This document shows positions 59,797 through 64,000 of a stretch of 64,000 nt of DNA, in pieces. Source of the DNA: the human T2T-CHM13v2.0 reference genome, Homo sapiens; NCBI RefSeq assembly GCF_009914755.1, contig NC_060938.1. One strand, given 5' to 3'. The stretch's first letter is position 1, and each line of letters starts with the position of its first letter. A program made the position numbers and the translations under genes. Under the pieces are notes generated by a model. The model did not search any database. It saw only the letters and a program-made list of their open reading frames with translations, and was not told where the DNA came from.

Positions 59797-62700
59797 TTAA
59801 GTCTTATTTGATTGTTCTTCCAGAACAAATATTAACATTTGCAGTCCTGCATCTGGATCAAGCAGTTTGGTTAGAGAAATTTAAACCTTTAAATCACAAA
59901 ACAGCTTATTTTCAATTGTCATAGCTGACACTGAATCTATGCCTAATGGTGTAAGCAATGTGGATATTGGAATGTCTCTGAGTTTTTATATTAATAAATT
60001 TACTAGCTAAATAAGTGATGTAATCATCTGTTGATGTCTGAGATGAAGAGTGAGTAAAAACCACATAAAAGTCTTCCATAAAACTAAACTTATCTTGGAA
60101 TTCTTTGTAAAAATAATTTCTGTGAGATGGAACTTTGGAAAGTTTTCCTGTAATTTCTTGAAATCAAATTTAACAGTGCATGGTAGTCTGACCATTCTGC
60201 ATTCTCCTTTCTGTATAAAAAACATCACTATTTCAAGGCCAGAGAGCCCCCTTTACATGGCTTGTTAAGAATTCTTCAAAATCCAGCATGATTCAAGATA
60301 CTGATGGATTTTGGGTATTTCAAGAGAATTCCTCTGGTGGCTAAAATGCTTTGAAGATCATTTGTGCAGCAGTCACTCAAGATGAAAGACTCCCTAGTTA
60401 ATTGTCCAGTGAGATTACAGTTCCTGTGACAGTGGCAGAAGAAGTCCAGCAAGGAGTTAGCAGCAGCCTAGTTGGCTTTTGTTGCATTCTCAATGAAAGC
60501 AGAAACTAATGAATAGCACTCAAAGTAATCAAGTTCCTGCTTTCTTGTCAAAAATTGAAGATGTACTGCTCCAGCTACTTTGGGGCTTAACACTTTCTCC
60601 AATTAAGAAGAGATGTTGAGAGCTTCTAGGAACCCATCATCCAAGACTGCGGCACTAAAAAAACACACCTGAGATTTTGCTCTACGAAGTTATTTTCTAT
60701 TAAATTCACTGCCTTTTTCACATCAGAGTGAATAATGACAAAACATTGTAGCTTGGTCGTTTTGCACTCTTCATTCTGATTTTGCAGCAACTTGCATTCC
60801 TTTCAACTGCTCATAAGTTAAATTTCTCAATGAAGTAATCACAACAGAACTATCTCCTTGGACAGTTTGGAGTTTCCTGAAAAAAAACAGATATACTACC
60901 ATATGATCCAAAAATCCCACTGCTTGGTATATACCCAAAAGAAAGGAAATGAGTATATCAAAGAGATTTCTGCACTCCTAGGTTTGCTGCAGCACTGTTT
61001 ACAATTACTAATATTTGAAAGCAACCTAAGTGTCCATCAACAGATGAATGAAGAAAATGTGGTACATATACACAGTGGAGTACTATTCAGCCATAAAAAT
61101 GAAAGCCTGTCATTTGCAACAACATGGATGGAACTGAAGATGATTATGTCAAGAAAAATAAGCCAGGCACAGAAATACAAACATCATGTGTTCTCGCTTA
61201 TTTCCGGGATCTAAAAATAAAAACAATTAAACTCATGGACGTAGAGAGTAGAAGGATGATTACCAGAGCTTGGGAAGGGTAGTGAGAGAGTGAGGGGGAG
61301 GCAGGAATTGTTAATGGATACAAAAAACAAAAAAGAAATAATATATAATAAAAACCTACTATTTGATAGCAAACCCAGGTGACTATAGTCAATAGTAACT
61401 TAATCATATATTTGAAAATAACATAAAGAGTGTAATTGGAATATTTGTAACTCAAAGAATCACTGAGGGGATACCCCATTCTCTAGGATGTGCTTTTTTT
61501 CACATTGAATGCCCGTGTCAAAACATCTCATGTACTCCATAAATACTATGTACCCACAAACATTAAAAATAAAATACAAAAAAGAACCATCTTCTCTCTG
61601 TGTAACAAATACTATGGTTTCAAATCCAAGGCTAGAGAGCTGCCCTGAAATAATATACACTCTTTTGACTTGAAGAGTTTTCTCTTTGCTCTATACATAG
61701 GTATTTGTAGAAGTTAACATTCTGGAACACTGACTTCCAACACAGCAAGAGGGACAGCCACACATGTAAAATACAATGACAGAGCAGGACTCACAAGTGC
61801 ATTCTGCTGAAAAGGTGAGCAAGCCAAATTCAAATTATTTTTCAAACTCATTGATTTTAGCTACCGAAAGGTCTATAGGACATTATCAGACAGAGTTTTT
61901 GTAGAACCTAAGATTTAGAAAGTGAACTTGAATGTGACTGTGATCATTATGCAACAACTGCTGTAAAAACTCAGGTTGGTGTTGGCCACAAAGGACTACA
62001 ACACTCTTGTGTTGCCTTGACAAGCTCCTCTAAACGTGGCAGTAAACTTAGTGCCTTTCAGTATTCTCCTTTTTCCCATAGACTCACAGACAGCGAGAGA
62101 CACCTGGCTCCCCCACATCACTTCCTTAGCAGCCAAGAACAGCATGTCACCCAGAATGAATTCTGGCTGTGGCAGAAAATGGCCCACATAGAGAGATGTC
62201 TGGCATTTGGTAGTACCTGGGTGAGAGCTTTCCAAGCTCTTAGGAAGTATACAATGCATAAGGTCCATTTCTAAATACTAGAAACATCTTGCTGTGAAAG
62301 CACATAAAGTCCATAGTTAAGATGATGATGCCATGCAGAAAAACACGTGGCAATGTAACCACCAGTCTTTACTTTTTCAATGGCCTTGCACATGGCTGTT
62401 ACTGTACTGCTGAAGTCCAGCGTCAGCAGTTTATGTTTCCCCATTGTGTCATCAGCCCAATGCAAAGTACCATCAAAATAACACCTGGAGGTGCTAACAG
62501 GAAAATAATCTGAGTAAATCCACATTTGCTGTCTCAACTTCCAAAGACTGGTCATCAAACAGTGTGTTTCTGTCTTTCTATCTTGGCTGCCACCTTTACT
62601 ACACTGTAGGGGTCTGAGGTTTGTAGAGTGGATATCGCAGAGTTCTGGTTGTCCTTGTGAGGTTTGATATGATAAACTTTTTAAAAGAAAGTAGGCCTGA

Positions 62701-62808
62701 TTACAGAAATGAGTATTGTCCCGACAATCCACATAGAATTCTGGGGCATTCTTCTCTTTACATTCAATAATAGCTTCCGCTAAACTTGTAATATTCTGTG
62801 GGAATGTA
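59797..62808 (-). pseudogene. Fossil animal type I polyketide synthase (vertebrate pks1/MuPKS-like), C-terminal part: ER-like, KR, ACP; split by L1
   Basis: Colinear minus-strand motifs across several frames: ER-like DYFPVS...KHKLLTLDFSSTVTA..KVKTG (~62360-62513); KR VYIISGQLSSLGFET (61615-61660); AVLDDG (LDD at 60636-60644); LEKVLSPKVAGA; ELDYFECYS; AN*AAANSLLDFFC; IN*G; ACP LTPLGIDSVSAMTIEN...LLDPD (LGIDS at 59932-59946), then stop. Many stops and frameshifts. Confidence 0.88.
60858..61582 (+). mobile_element. L1MA1-3-type 3' fragment inserted into the PKS KR domain
   Basis: L1 ORF2 end and 3'UTR ending TACTATGTACCCACAAA plus A-rich tail; TSD AGAAC(T/C)ATCT at 60846-60855 and 61583-61592. 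Confidence 0.87.
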
Positions 62809-62819
62809 TCACTTCTTCA

Positions 62820-64000
62820 CCTTCTTGCTCACTTCCCACCTTCTTGCTCAGAGCTCCAATGGGCTCAGAGCAATGTTTGGAGTGCCAATCACCCTGAGCT
62901 CAACCTTGCTCTGAGCATCATCTTCTCTGAGCTCCATCTTACACTGAGAAGCACCTGCTGCAAGCTCCATCTTGCTTGGAGCTCCTTCTTGCTCCAAGCT
63001 CTATCTACTCCAAGCTCCATCTTGCTCAGAGCTCCATCTGCTCCAAGCTCCATCTTGCTCGAAGTGCCAATCGCTCCAAGCACTATCTTGCTGTGAGCAA
63101 CATCTGCATAGACATTCATCTTACTCAGAGCTCCATCTAGTCAGAGATCCATCCACTTTGAGCTCCATCTTGCTAGGAGTTCCAATCACTCCAAGCCCCA
63201 TCTTGCTGGGAGCTCCAATCACTTCTAGCTCCATTTTGCTCTGAGCACCATGTGGACAGAGCTCATCTTACTCTGAGCTACATGTGCTCTGAGCTCTACC
63301 TTGCTTGGAGCTGTAATCACTGTGGGCTCCGTTTTGTTCTGAGCTCCAACTAAAACCAAGCAACGTCTCCTCCAAACTCCATCTTGCTTAGAGCTCCTTT
63401 TTTGCTCAGAGCTCTGTCTGCTCTGAGCTGCATCTTGCTCAGAGCTCCAATTGCTCAGAGCAATGTTCAGAGTGCCAATCATTCTGAGCTCCCTCTTGCT
63501 CTGAGTACCATCTGCTCTGAGCTCCATCTTACACCAGCAACATCTGCTCCAAGTTCCATTTTGTTTGGAGCTCCTTCTTGCTCAGAGGTCTATCTGATCT
63601 GAGCTCCATCTGGTTCGGAGATCCAATCACTCCAAGCTCCATCTTGCTCTGAGCACCATCTTCTTGAAGCTCCATCTACTCCCAGCTCCATCTTGCTTTA
63701 GAGCTTCCATCACTCTGAGCTCCACTTTGCTCAGAGCTCCATTTACTCAGAGCTCCACTTGCTCCAAGCTCCATCTTTCTCAGAGCTCCAATCCCTCCAA
63801 ACTCCATCTTGCTCTGAGTACCCTCTGCTCAGAGCTCCATATTCTCGGAGCTGCATCTTCTAGCTCCATCTTGCTGATATCTCCAATCACTTCCAGCTCC
63901 ATTTTGTTCTGAGCATCATGTGCTCGAAGCTCCATCTTACTGTAAGCAGCATGTTCTCTGAGCTCCATCTTGCTCTGAGCACCATCTGTTCTGAACTCCA
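62820..64000. repeat. Degenerate ~16-17-bp tandem array (GAGCTCCATCTTGCTC[A/T]-like), continues past window end
   Basis: Dozens of variants of gagctccatcttgctc/ccaagctccatc/gagctccaatcact. Confidence 0.9.

Noticed and set aside
59797-62808. FASN pseudogene as the identity of the KR/ACP fossil
   Set aside because: Motifs (LGFET, YAAANS.LD, INWG) fit PKS rather than FASN (FGLEL, YGFANS, VQWG), and no thioesterase follows the ACP.
62820-64000. CRISPR-like array, or coding ORFs in the terminal repeat
   Set aside because: Eukaryotic context, no unique spacers, degenerate contiguous units; the ORFs are short repeat translations in multiple frames.

Overview
Primate (human-like) genomic DNA with no intact protein-coding gene. 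It is a mosaic of duplicated gene fragments and transposons typical of the pericentromeric POTE/DUXAP segmental duplications (14q11/22q11-type; which paralog cannot be fixed from sequence alone). Left to right: an NBEA-derived segment with one spliceable exon (minus), hosting a TSD-flanked TOMM40 retrocopy, a solo LTR5A/B and a 5'-intact but 3'-truncated old L1. Next come a ~3.1 kb TSD-flanked DUXA retrocopy (minus) and a poly(A)-tailed GC-rich block with a CpG island. Then two decayed ATP8A2 exons, two BMS1 exons and an L1/Alu field. The main discovery is at ~59.8-62.8 kb (minus): a heavily decayed but colinear fossil of the C-terminal part of an animal type I polyketide synthase (ER-like, KR and ACP domains, no thioesterase). 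It is split by an L1MA insertion and interrupted upstream by a ~17-bp GAGCTC-rich tandem array that runs off the window. Protein identifications come from manual translation and recalled family motifs; no searches were run.
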